A stretch of 64,000 nt of DNA from positions 15,411,210 to 15,475,209 of the forward strand of contig NC_069369.1 in NCBI RefSeq assembly GCF_021730395.1, read 5' to 3'. Under the pieces are notes generated by a model that saw only the letters and a list, made by a program, of their open reading frames with translations, did not search any database and was not told the origin of the DNA. This document shows, piece after piece, positions 38,940 to 52,727 of this stretch (positions within the stretch are counted from its first letter, which is position 1; the number at the start of each line of letters is the position of its first letter). The translations under genes and the position numbers were made by a program. This stretch comes from Mercenaria mercenaria (Eukaryota).

Positions 38940-40205
38940 TGCATAGGAGAATAATATCTTTTGGAAAACAAAGTCAATCTTAACAATTAACCTTTGACCT
39001 CTATGAATAGACTTGACCTGTAAACTAAGTGACCTGTTCTTGCCATGACTAATCCGTCTCATATTTGGTGAACTTGTGCCATGTTTCACAATTTCCTCCA
39101 TCATGAAGAAGAAATGCTCACTAGAGAAAGTCATTTTTTGTATTGACCAACTTTGTCCTATATGTGACCTTGAACCTTTTGACTTAGGCCGGGTTATTGG
39201 CAGGCTTTCTGTCTCATCCAGAAAATGTTGTGCCATACCTGTATTTAAATCCTGCTTGCATTGACAAAGTTTATAGACCTGAAGGAAAAAAATCCTATGA
39301 ACCTTCTGATCACTAAGTGTGACCTTGACTTTCATCATGGTGAGACACATTTTGCGCCAAGAATATTTAAATCCCTTCATGAGGTCAGAGTTTTGACGGA
39401 CAGGAAAAAACCTGTTGACATTTGACCTCCAATGTGACCTTGACCTTTTGGTAGGGGATTAGAGTCTTGCGCTAGAACACTCTGTCTCCTCATGGGAATC
39501 ATTTATCCAATTGAATTATATGAGAATCCCTTAATGGAAGACAGAGTTAGGACCGGTTCACACGAAGAGAACCCTTTTAATGCCAAGTTAACATTTGACT
39601 GCAAGTGTGTGGACCTTTGACCTTTGACAGGTTTGAAATTGGCATGCACATGTTTTATTATGAGTTCATTTGTTGCCAAATTTATATAATACAAAATCCC
39701 TTCATAGGTAGCAGAGTTATGGACAGACAGGAGAAAACTAGTGACTTTTGACTCCAATTGTGACCTTGAACCTTTGAGCAGAGATCCTGGGATTTTATAT
39801 GAATAACATCATCTCTCTTGGGTAACATTTTGCAAGTTATATTAAATCTTAATGAAATGACAAGTTTATGGCCGACACGAGCAGACCCTTTCCATGCATG
39901 CTAACATTGACTGATAAGTGTGCCTACTCTTTGAGTAGGACGCAATTTGGGATACACTGTCTTATTATGAGGTTCATTGTGCAAGTAATTTAAATCCCTT
40001 CATGGATGGCAGAGTTATGACACAGTACAGGAGAAATACCTTTGACCTTTGACCACAATTTGGACTTGACCTTTGAGGTAGTGGTCCGGGTCTTTGAACA
40101 CATGTACAATGGGGTACATTTGGCAAGAATTTAAATTAAAATCTCTTTGATGACAAGTGTATGGGACTCGACATAAATTGTGGACGGACGGACGGAATGA
40201 CAGAA
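38940..40205 (+). mobile_element. Degenerate tandem-repeat carrier element (gaccttgacc…-type units)
   Basis: Diverged units of about 170 bp end in the gtggacggacggacggaatgac microsatellite. The 5' end is not clearly identified. Minus-strand track ORF 38928..39380 lies inside it and is probably spurious. Confidence 0.4.
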
Positions 40206-40431
40206 AAGACACTTCCTATAGTCCCAAGGGGAAAATGGTTTTCAACCGTAAGAAGACTAATAAAGTCTTATTTTGCCTAAATACTTTCATCACATGGTGA
40301 ATACTTTCTAGGAAAGAATGCATTTGTTCCCATGTGTTAATGTCCTTGCCAGCACTTGTATAAATTTTGAAGCAGAATACCTCAGCAATGTAGTAAGAGT
40401 ATTTCGAATATAAAGAATACATTGCACAAAC

Positions 40432-40562
40432 CTTTTCTCTATCATTTTCATTGCCCAGTCTCTGAAGATGGCCTTCTGCTTTCTTCACACATTTGTTGAA
40501 CTGTCTAGCTTTGTTAGCAAGCTTCTTGATTTGTGTAAGAGGAGCTTTTCCAACAGGTACAT
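40432..40562 (-). CDS. Exon (VPVGKAPLTQIKKLANKARQFNKCVKKAEGHLQRLGNENDREK…); the 3' boundary is uncertain
   Basis: The acceptor is ttctag. Candidate donors are AAG|gtttgt, or 9 nt further on AT|gtattc, which would fix the phase to the next exon found. One or more exons may be missing between 38381 and 40432. Confidence 0.4.
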
Positions 40563-41347
40563 CTAGAATTATGGTTTATAATATTATGTTAACTTTCCTC
40601 TTATCATTAAATATTAATTTGTATTTCACAAAAAACTAAAAACTTTTCAAAACTTTGCTGGACAAAACCCTGAAGATTGGATTTTATTCTTGTCATTTTA
40701 ATTCAATGACTTCATTGTCAAACAACTTACTTAAGGTAGTTCTGCACATTCAGTACAATTTTTTTTCTACAACGCAGAATTTTATTAAACTTCCAATTTT
40801 CAAAACTTCAGAATACACTTAGAAAATTCAGCAAATGAAAAAGATAGGTCGTGTGCCTGATTTTTTGGACTGACTGATTGGAAATTTGAACCTCACAGTT
40901 TTATAATGTGTCTCTATGGAAAATCAAGTAATTTTAATTACAATTTTTGGGCAATAGAAATTTTTCACATGTATCTTCACACAAAAATCCATTTACATTT
41001 ATAATTAAATTATAACCTAAATGGTATATAAATGTATCAGTTCCAGTGCTGGTTTTTGAAATACCTGCCCATGATTTGTGAGATCCGCACATTACTTGCT
41101 GATTTTTTAAGACATTATTCTGAATTATTTGATGGGTCAAAAACTATCATTTCATCTTTAAATGGATAGTAACATTGCTGTTTTAATAAATTTAATTACA
41201 AGTTGCCATTACTTTCTTTTCCGTATATCAAGCTCAGGCTTTATTCTACATTATCCAGATAAATGATGTTATGCCATTACTTCATGTTTATCAAACGTGC
41301 AGAACTACCTTAGGTTCAGCTAGTAAATATTTTGCAGAAACATTCTA

Positions 41348-42040
41348 AACAAGAGCTGTCACTAATGGTAACAAATGCCCCCGCAGCGCCATGACCTTTG
41401 ACCTGGTGACCTTGACCTTTGACCTTGTGACCCCAAAGTCAATAGGGGTCGTGTACTCAATAAGTACTATTAGCATGTGAAGTTTGAAAGTCCTGGGTGC
41501 AGTGGTTCGCAAGTAAAGTGCCTTCATGCAAAAAGTTAACATTGGCCCCTGTGACCTTGACCTTTGACCCCAAAGTCAGTAGGGGTCGTGTACTCAATAA
41601 GTACTATCAGCATGTGAAGTTTGAAGGTCCTGCGTGCAGTGGTTCGCGAGTAAAGTGCATTCATGCAAAAAGTTAACATTGGCCCCTGTGACCTTGACCT
41701 TTGACCTGGTGACCCCAATGCCAATAGGGGTCGTCTACTCAATAAGTACTATCAGCATGTGAAGTTTGAAGGTCCTGGGTACAGTGGTTCGCGAGTAAAG
41801 TGCCTTCATGCAAAAAGTTAACATAAGCCCCTGTGACCTTGACCTTTGACCTGGTGATCGCAAAGTCAGTAGGGGTCGTTTACTCAATAAGTACTATCAG
41901 CAAGTGAAGTTTGAAAGTCCTGGGTGCAGTGGTTCGGGGGTAAAGTGCCTTCATGCAAAAAGTTAAAGTTGTGACGAACGAATTAACGAACGGACGGATA
42001 GTTGAAAACTAATATGCCTCCCTTCGGGGGCATAAAAATA
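41348..42040 (+). mobile_element. Complete small tandem-repeat carrier element
   Basis: 5' aacaagagctgtcactaatgg, about 5 units of about 110 bp (gaccttgacctttgacc…cagtggttcgcgagtaaagtgccttcatgcaaaaagttaac), then gaacgaattaacgaacggacggat, then the hairpin atgcctcccttcgggggcat. Confidence 0.65.
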
Positions 42041-44224
42041 CAATTAATGCAGCAACTAAAACATGATGATGTAATACTGTGAGATCATTTAATTTTGTTG
42101 ACAAGAAGTCAAGGGGATAGGAATTACTGAATTTGAACTTTTGCAGATAAAATGAAAGGGTATTTTCATGTGTTTGTTGGGATTTAATTTTTGTGGACTG
42201 AAACAACCATGAAATCCACAACAATTAATCTCCTTTATATATTAACCATTACCTAATGAACTTGTCCATCTTCCAATTTGGACAGTACCATTAACTGTTA
42301 AAAGGGGTGTTTCCAAAAAGATATTGACTGAATGGTGAACTGCACGGATGTGCAAGCTGATCATGATCTACACTGGTCGCAAAGGCAGAATCAGTCATGT
42401 CCAGCATGGTAAGGGTCAATGATTTCACAGTTTCAGTAGTTACAGTACTTGCAAAGTATCCATGGACAATATAAAGTTGACATGATGTACAGTACTAACT
42501 GAACAATAGTAATGTGTACCAACAACATTGTAAGACTAATTAAAATATCTGAAGATGTATTTTGGGCAATGTTTCAATATTTGAATTTAGCAGTCATCTA
42601 CCAATATGAAGTGATTCAAAATTTTAAGTAAGAAAATTTTCAATATGTGTAAATTTATGAAAGAAAGACTTAAGTTTCTTCTGCCACAGCAACTTCCAGG
42701 CAATGACAACTATATGACTAAGAAATAAAACTTTTCCACTATTTTCATAGAGCATTTTATAATCACTTGTAAATAAAGGTGTCCTTCAAAATGTATATTT
42801 AATCAACAATGCTGTATTATGCTTAATATCTGGTTATGTTACCTTTTATTCTATTGATATTCACACAAGATTATTTGGTAACATGCACTTGCAAAGATTA
42901 CCTTTCCTACATGAGAAACATTACTGAAATGTTACAAAAAATGCTGCAAAGGGAATTTCAACTTTCACAAATCATTTTTTAATTTGAATATCAAACTGGG
43001 GCTTTAAGATGCTGACTGGCTAAGTACTACATCAACAGAATACAGAACAACTTGTCTGAACAGACCACAAAAGGGAAGAGCAAGAAGTTGTCTCTTAATG
43101 CAAGTACCGTAGATACCCATGTATAATGCGCACCCATGTATTATGTGCCCCCCCCCGATTTGCGCCCAAAATCCTGGGGAAAAATTTTTTGGTCCATTTT
43201 GAGGTAGATTGAAAACGAAAGTAGGATTTACATTGACACTGGTAATAAATTACCCCCGCGTCGGAGAGTAGAATCGGTCTCGCTGTTATTTTTAAAATTT
43301 GAATATTTTTTATGAATAAATAGAAAGCAATTGTTTTCAATATCTTAGAATGGCATCTTTCAAAATGTCAACAACTTCTCAATTCAAACCTATAAGGTGT
43401 GATCATCTTTTGTTACCATCTGTAAAACTTCATAGATCAAATGGCCATTTATTATTGGTAATTAGCGTGATGCCTCGTGTCAGTTTTGTTGTTCACAGTA
43501 GATAATAGTAGATCTTTTGTTAGTATTATAATACTTACGATTTTTGTTATTTAAAATACAATTAAATTTATATAAAATCAATTTTGTTTAAGGTAAAAAA
43601 ATAAAGTACTATTATCTAATACCTTATACCAGCAGTGGTCCTGTGTCGTATACAGATAATACAGAACGTAACGGCAATTTCAATTTTTAGCCTAGACAAT
43701 TAGCGCAGAGAGTAGTTTCCCTTTACCAAAATGGCAAAAATCGTGAACAAACTTGTTTTGAAGCTGGAAAATCGTCTATACCTCACAGTGTAACATGAAC
43801 ACCCACAATAAGGGAAGGTCCCGGGGGTAAAAAAAAACTGCATTATACACAGTATCTACGGTAGTCTCTTAGTAGATGTGGTGTCTTGAGAAAATCCAAC
43901 AGTAGGTAGAAAATACGAAAAGAATGTTCCTTCTTGGGTAATGAAGATTTTCAATGTCACAACAAGCAGCAAAGAGATACCACTTATGAACACTTTATTC
44001 ATCATTTAAATCTAACAATGCAAAAAGGTATTTTTACAACCTGCTATTTCAAGTATGTGTAAGGACTGGTCTATGGAACATATTTTCTACCAGTAAAAAT
44101 TATGAGCTTGGCCTAATACTGTTTATACTATGTTTATCTTTGCTGGTTGAGTCCATTAAGTTATGCTGTAAGCACATCTGTTTACCTACCTAAGTGTGAG
44201 GAAACTTTTCTCTGACTTAAAATT

Positions 44225-44415
44225 CTTCATATGAGCTGCGCCATGAGAAAAAATTAACATAGTGGCATCGCGCAGTTGGTAGATCATCTGTTCGCTAACA
44301 GATTTCTAATTGCAAAGGCTTTGAAAGCGACGCATGATCCTGACATACTGCTGATGCCAGGTGTCTGGATCCATGCTGGTCGCCTTCAAAGCCACTATGT
44401 TGGTTTTCTCATGGC
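44225..44415. mobile_element. Palindromic MITE, family B, copy 2
   Basis: gccatgagaaaaaattaacatagtgg … ggatccatgctggtcgcc…ccactatgttggttttctcatggc. Confidence 0.5.
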
Positions 44416-45414
44416 ACGGCTCATATCAAAATCTGTCAGAAAGTTCTAAAGATTCTTATATCTGAACTCTCAAGCACCTTTACAGAATCTTTACAGTCTT
44501 ACAACAGAACACCATAAATTTATAACCACTATACTTACTTTCTAGAAAGGCTAAGTGAGAGAGGAAAGAACAAGGAAACTATCTGAGGTAAATGCCTTTT
44601 AAGTCCATAGATCCTAAATATCTAAAAGATTTTATATAGTCCTCACACCTGTAATTAGTAAAATTAGTAAATGACTGACAAATGGAAAGAATTTAGTCAT
44701 AATATGTAAATGTGTTTTATTGCAAACTCTGCTTTTATCTGTAAACCACACAAGTTAGTAATTATTTTCCCTATTTCTGATATATATATATGTTCTTCTC
44801 TCTATCCACACTAGAATGGTAAATATCCATGCACCAAAAGCATGCTATATCATATACTGTACCGTTACTGTTCTTGCCAAGAGCAAGTTCAAGAGCTAAC
44901 ATACACAAATATCAAATATCAACACAAATAAACAAACATCAAAGATCAACAGAAATACACACACACAAACAGAAATATTGAAACATCAAATATCAACAGA
45001 AACATAACAAATCATTATCTGATGTGTAGTCAACAAATTTGAAAATGATAACGAAATTTAACGTCCAAAATGGGCTATCAATGATGGAAAATAATATCAT
45101 TCACATAACAATTTTCAAAACTTTGAAACAGTTATTATATTTTTTATCAATCCTTTTCACTCAAGGACTTCAAAAATGCCCCATATATGTATTTGAAAAA
45201 TTTGATATTAGAAGATTTTATAACACATATATTTATGAAACATACATAATAATGAATGAATTATGTTATTGAGGTGGTAATTCTTCTGTATAAAAGAAGG
45301 TTGACAGTTGCTCAATAAGCTCATATTCAGGGTAGTTTTATTCGGATATATATAGATTTGGTTAAAGCAACTGAAAAACAAGAGCAACACAATGCGGAGC
45401 AATATACGCCCTTA

Positions 45415-45650
45415 GGTATGACCTTTGACCCCTAAGTGTGACCTTGAACTTGAAGCGAGCCATCGAAAACATGCGCTCTACACATTGCCTCAATGCGGTC
45501 AACATTTGTGTCAAGTTTCTTTGAAATCCTTTAAGGGGTTCAAGAGTTACAGAGCTGACACGAAATTGCTAATGGACAGACGGTTGGACGGACACCTGCG
45601 TCATAACATAATAAATCCCTTCAGGCATATAATAATATTGAATATCCATT
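45415..45650 (+). mobile_element. Fragment of a tandem-repeat carrier element
   Basis: A single gaccttgacc-type unit followed by the ggacagacggttggacggac microsatellite. No 5' motif was found. Confidence 0.35.
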
Positions 45651-46589
45651 TAAGTCATCAAACCATTTAAAGATTAGTAAATTTACCAGTTTTTCCAATG
45701 ATAAAATTTATTTGTTTTTTTATGCTGCAAAATGCCAACATCTATAGGCGATGTTGACATAGTTTAAAGTTTTCACATTGTGGGGTAGAATGTAGAACCC
45801 TACAACCAAAGCCTGACATGTATAATTCCAGTGACTCTCCCATAAAAAACTGGATGGTGTTTGATAATGCTGCTTTACATCAATTCAATAAATGACTTTG
45901 AGAAACACATACTTTTAAGACGAATAAAAGTCAACACTTATTTTGACAGACATATGAAGTAATAAAAGTCACATAATTTTGAAAAAAAAAATGTTGCTCT
46001 TGAATTTGTAATCAACTTCAATATGTAACAATACATAATTTTATTTAAATGAGCTTTAGGTACAAGATACAAGAAAATTTATTGAATATCCAGTAACACA
46101 TAACATTAGCTTTAAACTATTGACTGACAAATTTGACAATGTGAGTTTTGTATGGTGTGAATTAAAGTACCAGTGAACAACTGACAACCATCATGACTCA
46201 AGCATCAAAATGAATCAGATTTAATTTGTATTAAAATATTTGTGAATATCAAAACATTTGAATACAAGTTGGAAGAATAAAATAATTGCCATGTGGCATT
46301 TTCAAAGTCCTTGTATTTATATTTCACATTTAAAATTCCCACTGACTGCAAGAGAATTTCAGGCATTTTTGTGTTCACCAGAAATAAGTACATGACTGTA
46401 TGCTATTCAATGAATTATTTTTTCTTTAAAGTATCTAAATTACCAAGACTTTGTATATGCAAATATAAGTAGTTCTATTAACAATGACAGCCCTAACAAT
46501 CTTCTTACCTAATGCTGCATCATCCTCTATCATAAATTGTATAAAAGGAAATTGTTTTAAGATTCAGAAGCAAGTAAAGGCATACACTA

Positions 46590-46910
46590 GCAGTCTCTGT
46601 ATATGAGAGGGGCAAATTTTTTCCAAATAATAGAATTTCTTCAAACTTTGGATATTGCAGGACAATCATCTAAGAAAGAAAGGTATGCAATAAAAGTCAA
46701 AGGTCACTGGTATTGAAAAAGAGTTATCTGCCCTTTTTGAGAAAATGACGTTTTTGAGGGCAGATAACTCTTTTTCAGTGCTGGTGAGCTGTGCTTTTTA
46801 TTACATATCTTTTTTCTTAGGTGATTGTTATTCACTATCCAAAGTTTGAAGAAATTCTATTATTTGGAAAAATTTTGCCTATCTCATATAGAGAGACTGC
46901 TAGCATATGC
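46590..46910. mobile_element. Long foldback element, copy 2
   Basis: The same arms (ttcttcaaactttggatattgcaggacaatcatctaagaaag … gagttatctgccctttt…agggcagataactctttttc … atccaaagtttgaagaaattct). Confidence 0.5.
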
Positions 46911-47018
46911 CTTTAAGTTGTAAAAGTCTTAAAAATCCCCAGACTGGACCAAACCTTGAAACATTAATATCAGCACTTAGAGATTTAGTTTGTAAAATAT
47001 TAAAAATCATGAGCAAAC

Positions 47019-47136
47019 CTTTTGTGCTGCTTTCACTGTCCAGGACAAGGTTAAATGCATCAGGAGCTAAAGCTTCACCAGCCTTCACTAACAATGATCT
47101 CTTCATTCTCATTGTGCCAGAGTTAGCTTTCCTTGC
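47019..47136 (-). CDS. Exon (ARKANSGTMRMKRSLLVKAGEALAPDAFNLVLDSESSTK)
   Basis: Acceptor tttcag and donor AAAG|gtttgc. The exon starts in phase 0 and ends with 1 nt that matches the 2-nt start of the exon at 40562. Confidence 0.5.
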
Positions 47137-47895
47137 CTGAAATACAACAAGAGTTATATTTCCTTGCTAGAATTAGCATTGTCCTGTCCTGGTGTCAGTA
47201 TTTTCAGTAAGCTTCCATTATCTCAGAAAAAGCCATTAGCCCTATAGCAAACACTGGAAGCATTACTTGCCCTAAAGAATATGTTGGTACAAAACAAAAC
47301 AGAGGTATGTGTTAAGTGTCTTAAATAGAACAAGAGACTATTCATTTCCTGAAAGACAAAGAGAGGTAATTTTCACTGAACAGTATGATTTCCGTGCCTG
47401 TGACAGAACCAGACACTTTCCAAATACACTAAAACCCTGATTGTATAAGGATGCAGGGGTGAGAGAAATGCTAGAGTTATCAAAGGTTTAAATATAAGTA
47501 AAATGGCCTTGCACTGCTCAAGCTGGCTGAGTGCTCGAGTTATTGAACATCAAGCGATCAATGTTAAACTGCACAGAAATTTATAAGTGTGTCTATATTC
47601 ATCTCATTTTCTACCAATTTGAGCTGACATCTGTAACAGATTCTGAAAAGGGGGGAAATCAGACATAAGAATGTTTCAGACATTCCTAAACATTTGTCTT
47701 TGTTTCTTCACCTTATATACTCATTAAAGGCATTATATCTTTCTCTATTATATAACGAAGGAACATAATGCAGAAGCAAACTTTCAGCCACTGCAATACT
47801 GCTACTGTAACATTATTTGCATAGTCAAAACAATCCTGATATCTGTTATTTAAAGTCCTTACTTGCTGTATAAATATTTTACTGTCTATCAATAC

Positions 47896-48027
47896 CTGCT
47901 CTATAATCATGCCAGCAATGTCTTCCACCCTCTCCGGCTGTTTGTAGAGTTCAGACCGAAGTTCAAGTCTGTGTAACATCACCTCAAGCCTCTCCTGATA
48001 GATCTTAGCATCATCTAGGGCAAGTGC
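47896..48027 (-). CDS. Exon (ALALDDAKIYQERLEVMLHRLELRSELYKQPERVEDIAGMIIEQ)
   Basis: Acceptor ...ttaacag and donor CAG|gtattg. The exon is 132 nt in phase 0. Confidence 0.55.
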
Positions 48028-49189
48028 CTGTTAAATACATTTATAAATGCTTGCTTTAGTACAGTCCAATGAATAAGAAAGCATGATGGACCTTATTTGA
48101 ATCTCTCTGTAGTGTAGCATCCTGCTGAAAAACAGCACTTGTTCAAACATTACAGAACACAGTTTGGCAACTAGTTTCAGAATGAAGCCTTCTCATTGGT
48201 CAATTTCAAATTTGTGCTCAGAAACAACCAATCAAATGCTCAAGTTTTGAAACTGGTGTCCAAACTTTGCTTTACGACCTTAGGCCCATGTGTATCACGA
48301 GATGTGATCACGTACAAAGCAAATTGGGAATCATCACCTCCAAACCCAGTGGTAAATACTGTATTCACTTTGTACATTTACAACCGGTGCTGGAGTTTAC
48401 TTATATTGCATGGTAAAGGGAAAATGTAACAATCCAGATGTAATGGATGAATATCCTTCTTCACATTGTTTCAGCCATGGGCAGGACCACCCACATTTGT
48501 ACAAATAATCTGGATTGCTCACTCACATGAACAGGGAACCTATTTGTTTCAGTGCAAAATAAAAACATCTTTCATGAAGTGAACACCAGACAATATTTGC
48601 ATGAGTGGCATAACCATGGACGAAGATGTAACATACGGTGTTCGTGAGTGACAGATATTTTGCTCTTATATGTAAAATTAAAATATTTCCTTTTTACTTC
48701 ATTTTTTAACTCACTTCATCCACTGAATAGTTTCATACCAATGAAAAATATATTTCACTTCAATACAGTAATAATGCACTGAAAATTAGGTGATTGGTGT
48801 GGCAACAAAGCTTCAGATCATAGTTACAAAATGTTTGCCAAAAATGTTTTGTTTCAATTTGATAAGAGACCCAATGCAATACAAAAACAGTTTGGTTTAC
48901 TTGTAGGAAGAAAAGTATGATTACAAACAGGGAAATGCATCAAGTAAAGGCCTTGCAAAAGAATTTAGATTTATATAACTAACCTCATGTGTACCCTTCT
49001 GATCTTACAGAAGTGGCTTTGGCAAAGACTTTCTGGTATCATACAAGTTAAATGAAGCATACTGATGGATTTTTTACTATTTGTTTGCTAAATATTTCTA
49101 TGCTATACATTTATTGAATGCCTTCAAATCTGTTTCTTATTTAATCTTTAAGTACTATATGAAGCAACTAATGTCTGTGGATGGCCAAC

Positions 49190-49286
49190 CTTTTTCAGAT
49201 TTGTCATGGCAACTTCTATCTGTTCCACATCTTCCTCACATTTAGCAAGTTCTGTATGTACCTGACATCTCAACTGTACCAGCAAA
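49190..49286 (-). CDS. Exon (LLVQLRCQVHTELAKCEEDVEQIEVAMTNLKK)
   Basis: Acceptor ttttag and donor AAG|gttggc. Confidence 0.5.
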
Positions 49287-49639
49287 CTAAAACATAAATA
49301 TTGTCAATTTCAGCAAACTTCTAAAGGGGTTTTGGAATTGTACATTGCCAGATTTACAAAATAAAGTGACCAGGAAATGTAATCTCCTATACCTGTGTGC
49401 AACAGTTCTGGCAACAAAACATTTATGCTATCTTTATCATAAATATTTCAATTTTTTTTCCCACTAATTTACACGTCAAGCATAAAATTTTAGCCAAAAT
49501 AAGATGGGTTTTTTAAACCTGTGAAATATATAAATACCATTTCCAATAATTTTGTTTCATTAAACACAAGATAAAACTTGATAAAAATTCTCAAGAAATA
49601 AAGGTGGCCAAGTGGTTTTCAGAACAACAGATTTTTATC

Positions 49640-50900
49640 AACAAGAGGGCCATGATGATCCTGTATCGCTTATCAGAGTTTCACAGATCAAACAGGTAAA
49701 ACAAGAAGCATTTCTGTCAAATAACATTGAAAACTGGCCAACAGATTCAGAGGAAGTTCCCATAGAGCCGTATTGGGAAAACTAGAACTACACCTGGCAG
49801 CCTTGTTTAATTCTGAATTCAAAATGTTTTAACAATTTCAGTTGGGGTTCAACCAAGGAACATGTTTGTGAAATAATTTCAAAAACAGGCCAGTTGTTCA
49901 GGAGGAGCTGTTACCTGAAGTTGTTTTTTTCCAACAGTATTTCACAAGAAGATTTTTGCAGTTATAACAATATACATATAGGGAAACTGGTGGGCACCTT
50001 TTTGACAAATCGTAATAATTTAAACAGTCTTGGTAGAGAATCACCAAAAATCATTCCTAAGAAAATATTCTGAAACTGGGCCAGCAGTTTCCACTTAATA
50101 CACAAAGAGAAAAGTAAGCATGCCCTCTTTTGACGAATCAAAATAAACTGAACAATCTTTTGAGAGGGTCACTTGAGTAACATTTCTGTAAAACAAAATT
50201 TTTGAATAATGTAAAAAAATTAATAAAGGATCACCATTGGAACATTTGTGTATGATTCTAAAATCAGGCCAGCATCTTCTGACAAGAAGATTTCTAAAGT
50301 TTCCAATATGGGAACTGCTCTTTGGGAGCAAATTTTTTAGATGAATAAGAAAAATTTAGAACATTCATGTTAGAGTCATCTAAGGCTTATTTGTGTGAAA
50401 TTATTTTAAATCAGGCCAGCAGTTTCCGAGAAGAATTTTGATTTTCACTGTTACATATATACAGGGAAAAGTGACCATGCCTTCTGACAGCCATGTTTTT
50501 TGACAAATCAGTATAATCTGAAAAACCTTGGTACAGTTTGACCAAAGGACTATTTTACTGAAACTGTTCTAAAATTAGGCAATCAGTTTCTGACATGGAT
50601 TCCAAAGTTTCTACTATGAATATAAAGGTAAAAGTGACCAAGCCCCCTGAAGGCTGTATTTTTGATGAATAGTAATAATTTGAACAATGTTGGAATATTG
50701 TCACCAAAGGAACATTTCTATGAAATAATTTTAAAATTGAAGCAGCATATTAGGGGTTGGGTCAGATGTTGTTTTAAAATGTTTCTTCTTTAGGTACTGG
50801 TGACCCTTATGCACAAATAAGAGGATCTATTTGAACAACTTTACAAGAACAAAGAATGGACAGACAGATCATGGACCACAATAGCTCTGGAAGCTAAATA
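49640..50900 (+). mobile_element. Tandem-repeat carrier element
   Basis: 5' aacaagagggccatgatgatcc, about 6 units of about 170 bp (…aaatcaggccagcagtttc…gggaaaagtgaccatgcc…) from about 49,700 to 50,850, then ggacagacagatc, then tagctctgg. Confidence 0.55.
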
Positions 50901-50992
50901 TGCAAAGTATATAATTATCATATGACTGAGATTCATAGCAATAATAACAGAATTACTCAGACACATTTATCTACCCACAGACTTTAACCCAC

Positions 50993-51183
50993 CTCTGTAT
51001 ATTTTCCAGGGCCTCAGCCACCAGTGTGAGGGGTTTGCGTACATGGTGTCTAAGGTTTGGTTGAAGCAGTGGCAAGCACAAGTTCCACTGGGTCACACAG
51101 CCGACCTGTATAACATTAGGGTTACCAAGACGTATGGCATTCATAATAACCTCCTCACATCTCTTTATAGCTTGCTGACGAAT
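50993..51183 (-). CDS. Exon (IRQQAIKRCEEVIMNAIRLGNPNVIQVGCVTQWNLCLPLLQPNLRHHVRKPLTLVAEALENIQ)
   Basis: Acceptor ...ttcag and donor AG|gtgggt. The exon is 191 nt. Confidence 0.55.
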
Positions 51184-51489
51184 CTGAAATATACATTGAC
51201 AATAAATTCATATTTCTTAAGTATTATCTTAAGACTTAATAATCTAATGACATAAAATACTCCAATTAGCTTAAACATATTTTTATTCCGAAATGCATGA
51301 AATATTTACAATACAACATTCCAGGATACTCCAATTGATATGAACATATGACATGTACTGGTATTAATATTAAAAAGCAAGAAAAGTGTGCAAAATAACA
51401 GTAATCATACTGACAATTTATCAAAATGAGGAAAAGTTAGATAAATGGTCTGCTACAACTGCTAAATACTGGTCTTCAATTTTTGATAA

Positions 51490-51965
51490 AATAGGTTACG
51501 ACTTAAAATACTGGAGTCTTCTATACTGGAGTCTTCTATCTTCAAATAGCTAGGTTATGAGTGTTAAATACTGAAATCTTCCATCTTCAATAAGATAGGT
51601 TATGACTTGAATACGGAAGTCTTCTATCTTCAAATAGCTAGGTTATGAGTGTTAAATACTGAAATCTTCCATCTTCAATAAGATAGGTTATGACTTGAAT
51701 ACAGAAGTCTTCTATCTTCAAATAGCTAGGTTATGAGTGTTAAATACTGAAATCTTCCATCTTCAATAAGATAGGTTATGACTTGAATACGGAAGTCTTC
51801 TATCTTCAAATAGCTAGGTTATGAGTGTTAACTACTGAAATCTTCCATCTTCAATAAGATAGGTTATGACTTGAATAAGTAAGTCTTTTATCTTCAAATA
51901 GCTAGGTTATGACTTAAACACAGAAGTCTTCTATCTTCAACTACCTAGGTTATGTCTTAAATAAA
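51490..51965. repeat. Tandem repeat with a unit of about 120 bp, made of two subunits of about 60 bp (…tcttctatcttcaaatagctaggttatgagtgttaaatactgaaatcttccatcttcaataagataggttatgacttgaa…), about 4 copies
   Basis: The tandem period is visible by eye. Confidence 0.7.
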
Positions 51966-52053
51966 TCAATCAAAACTGTATCAGCCCATGTCTTCAAGGA
52001 AAATTTTAAGAAAGACAAAAAAAGAAAAACAGCACATCTGTTCACAGTACTTA

Positions 52054-52153
52054 CATCAACAACATGTTTGTGTAGAGACTCTTGTTTCTCTGCTAGATGT
52101 TTTACCATGATATCACACTGTAGAAACTCAAGTTCCAGGTAGAATCCCTGATC
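52054..52153 (-). CDS. Exon (DQGFYLELEFLQCDIMVKHLAEKQESLHKHVVD)
   Basis: Acceptor ttggacag and donor GAT|gtaagt. The sequence matches part of minus-strand track ORF 51950..52171. Confidence 0.5.
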
Positions 52154-52627
52154 CTGTCCAATAAAAAACATGTTTCACAAACTGTACATAAAACTGCTTC
52201 AAGTTAAGTTTTATAAATACAACACTAATGTAAGAAAACTGTGCTTGTTTAGTGTGTTAGTTCTTAAGCCAAATTAACAACTGTCTTCTGGAGACTTTTC
52301 AAACTTAAAAACTATTTTTAAGAAACAGCGGGCAGCCTCGTAGAATCTCCAAACCTCCTGTAAACCATCTACAAATTTTCCACCCCTGAAGAGGTTTGAA
52401 CCCAGTGATGAAAGGCAAGTGATTCAAAATGAGAAAACTTACACACTCAGCCAATGATGTGTCTCACCAACAGTTTTGTAAGGTGTATTCTAATATTTTT
52501 CAGGGATAAACCAGTGGTTCTTTAAACCCTGTTGCATGTATTTACATGTGGTCTTCAAATCTTTGACACTACATTTTTTTTTACATACACAATATACAAC
52601 CGTAATATTACATCACAATAATCATAC

Positions 52628-52727
52628 CTTCACATTACATGTCTTCATGTGATCCGCACAATCCTGAGCAAGATCTGGAAAGTCCAGCTCCAAACATAAC
52701 CTCGCTAATTCTAACAACAGGTAAGGC
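52628..52727 (-). CDS. Exon (PYLLLELARLCLELDFPDLAQDCADHMKTCNVK)
   Basis: Acceptor aatttcag and donor AAG|gtatga. Confidence 0.5.

Noticed and set aside
38928-39380. 150-aa minus-strand track ORF
   Set aside because: It lies within degenerate gaccttgacc-type tandem units of a carrier element, shows no codon-bias signal and no homology I can recognise, and is probably spurious.
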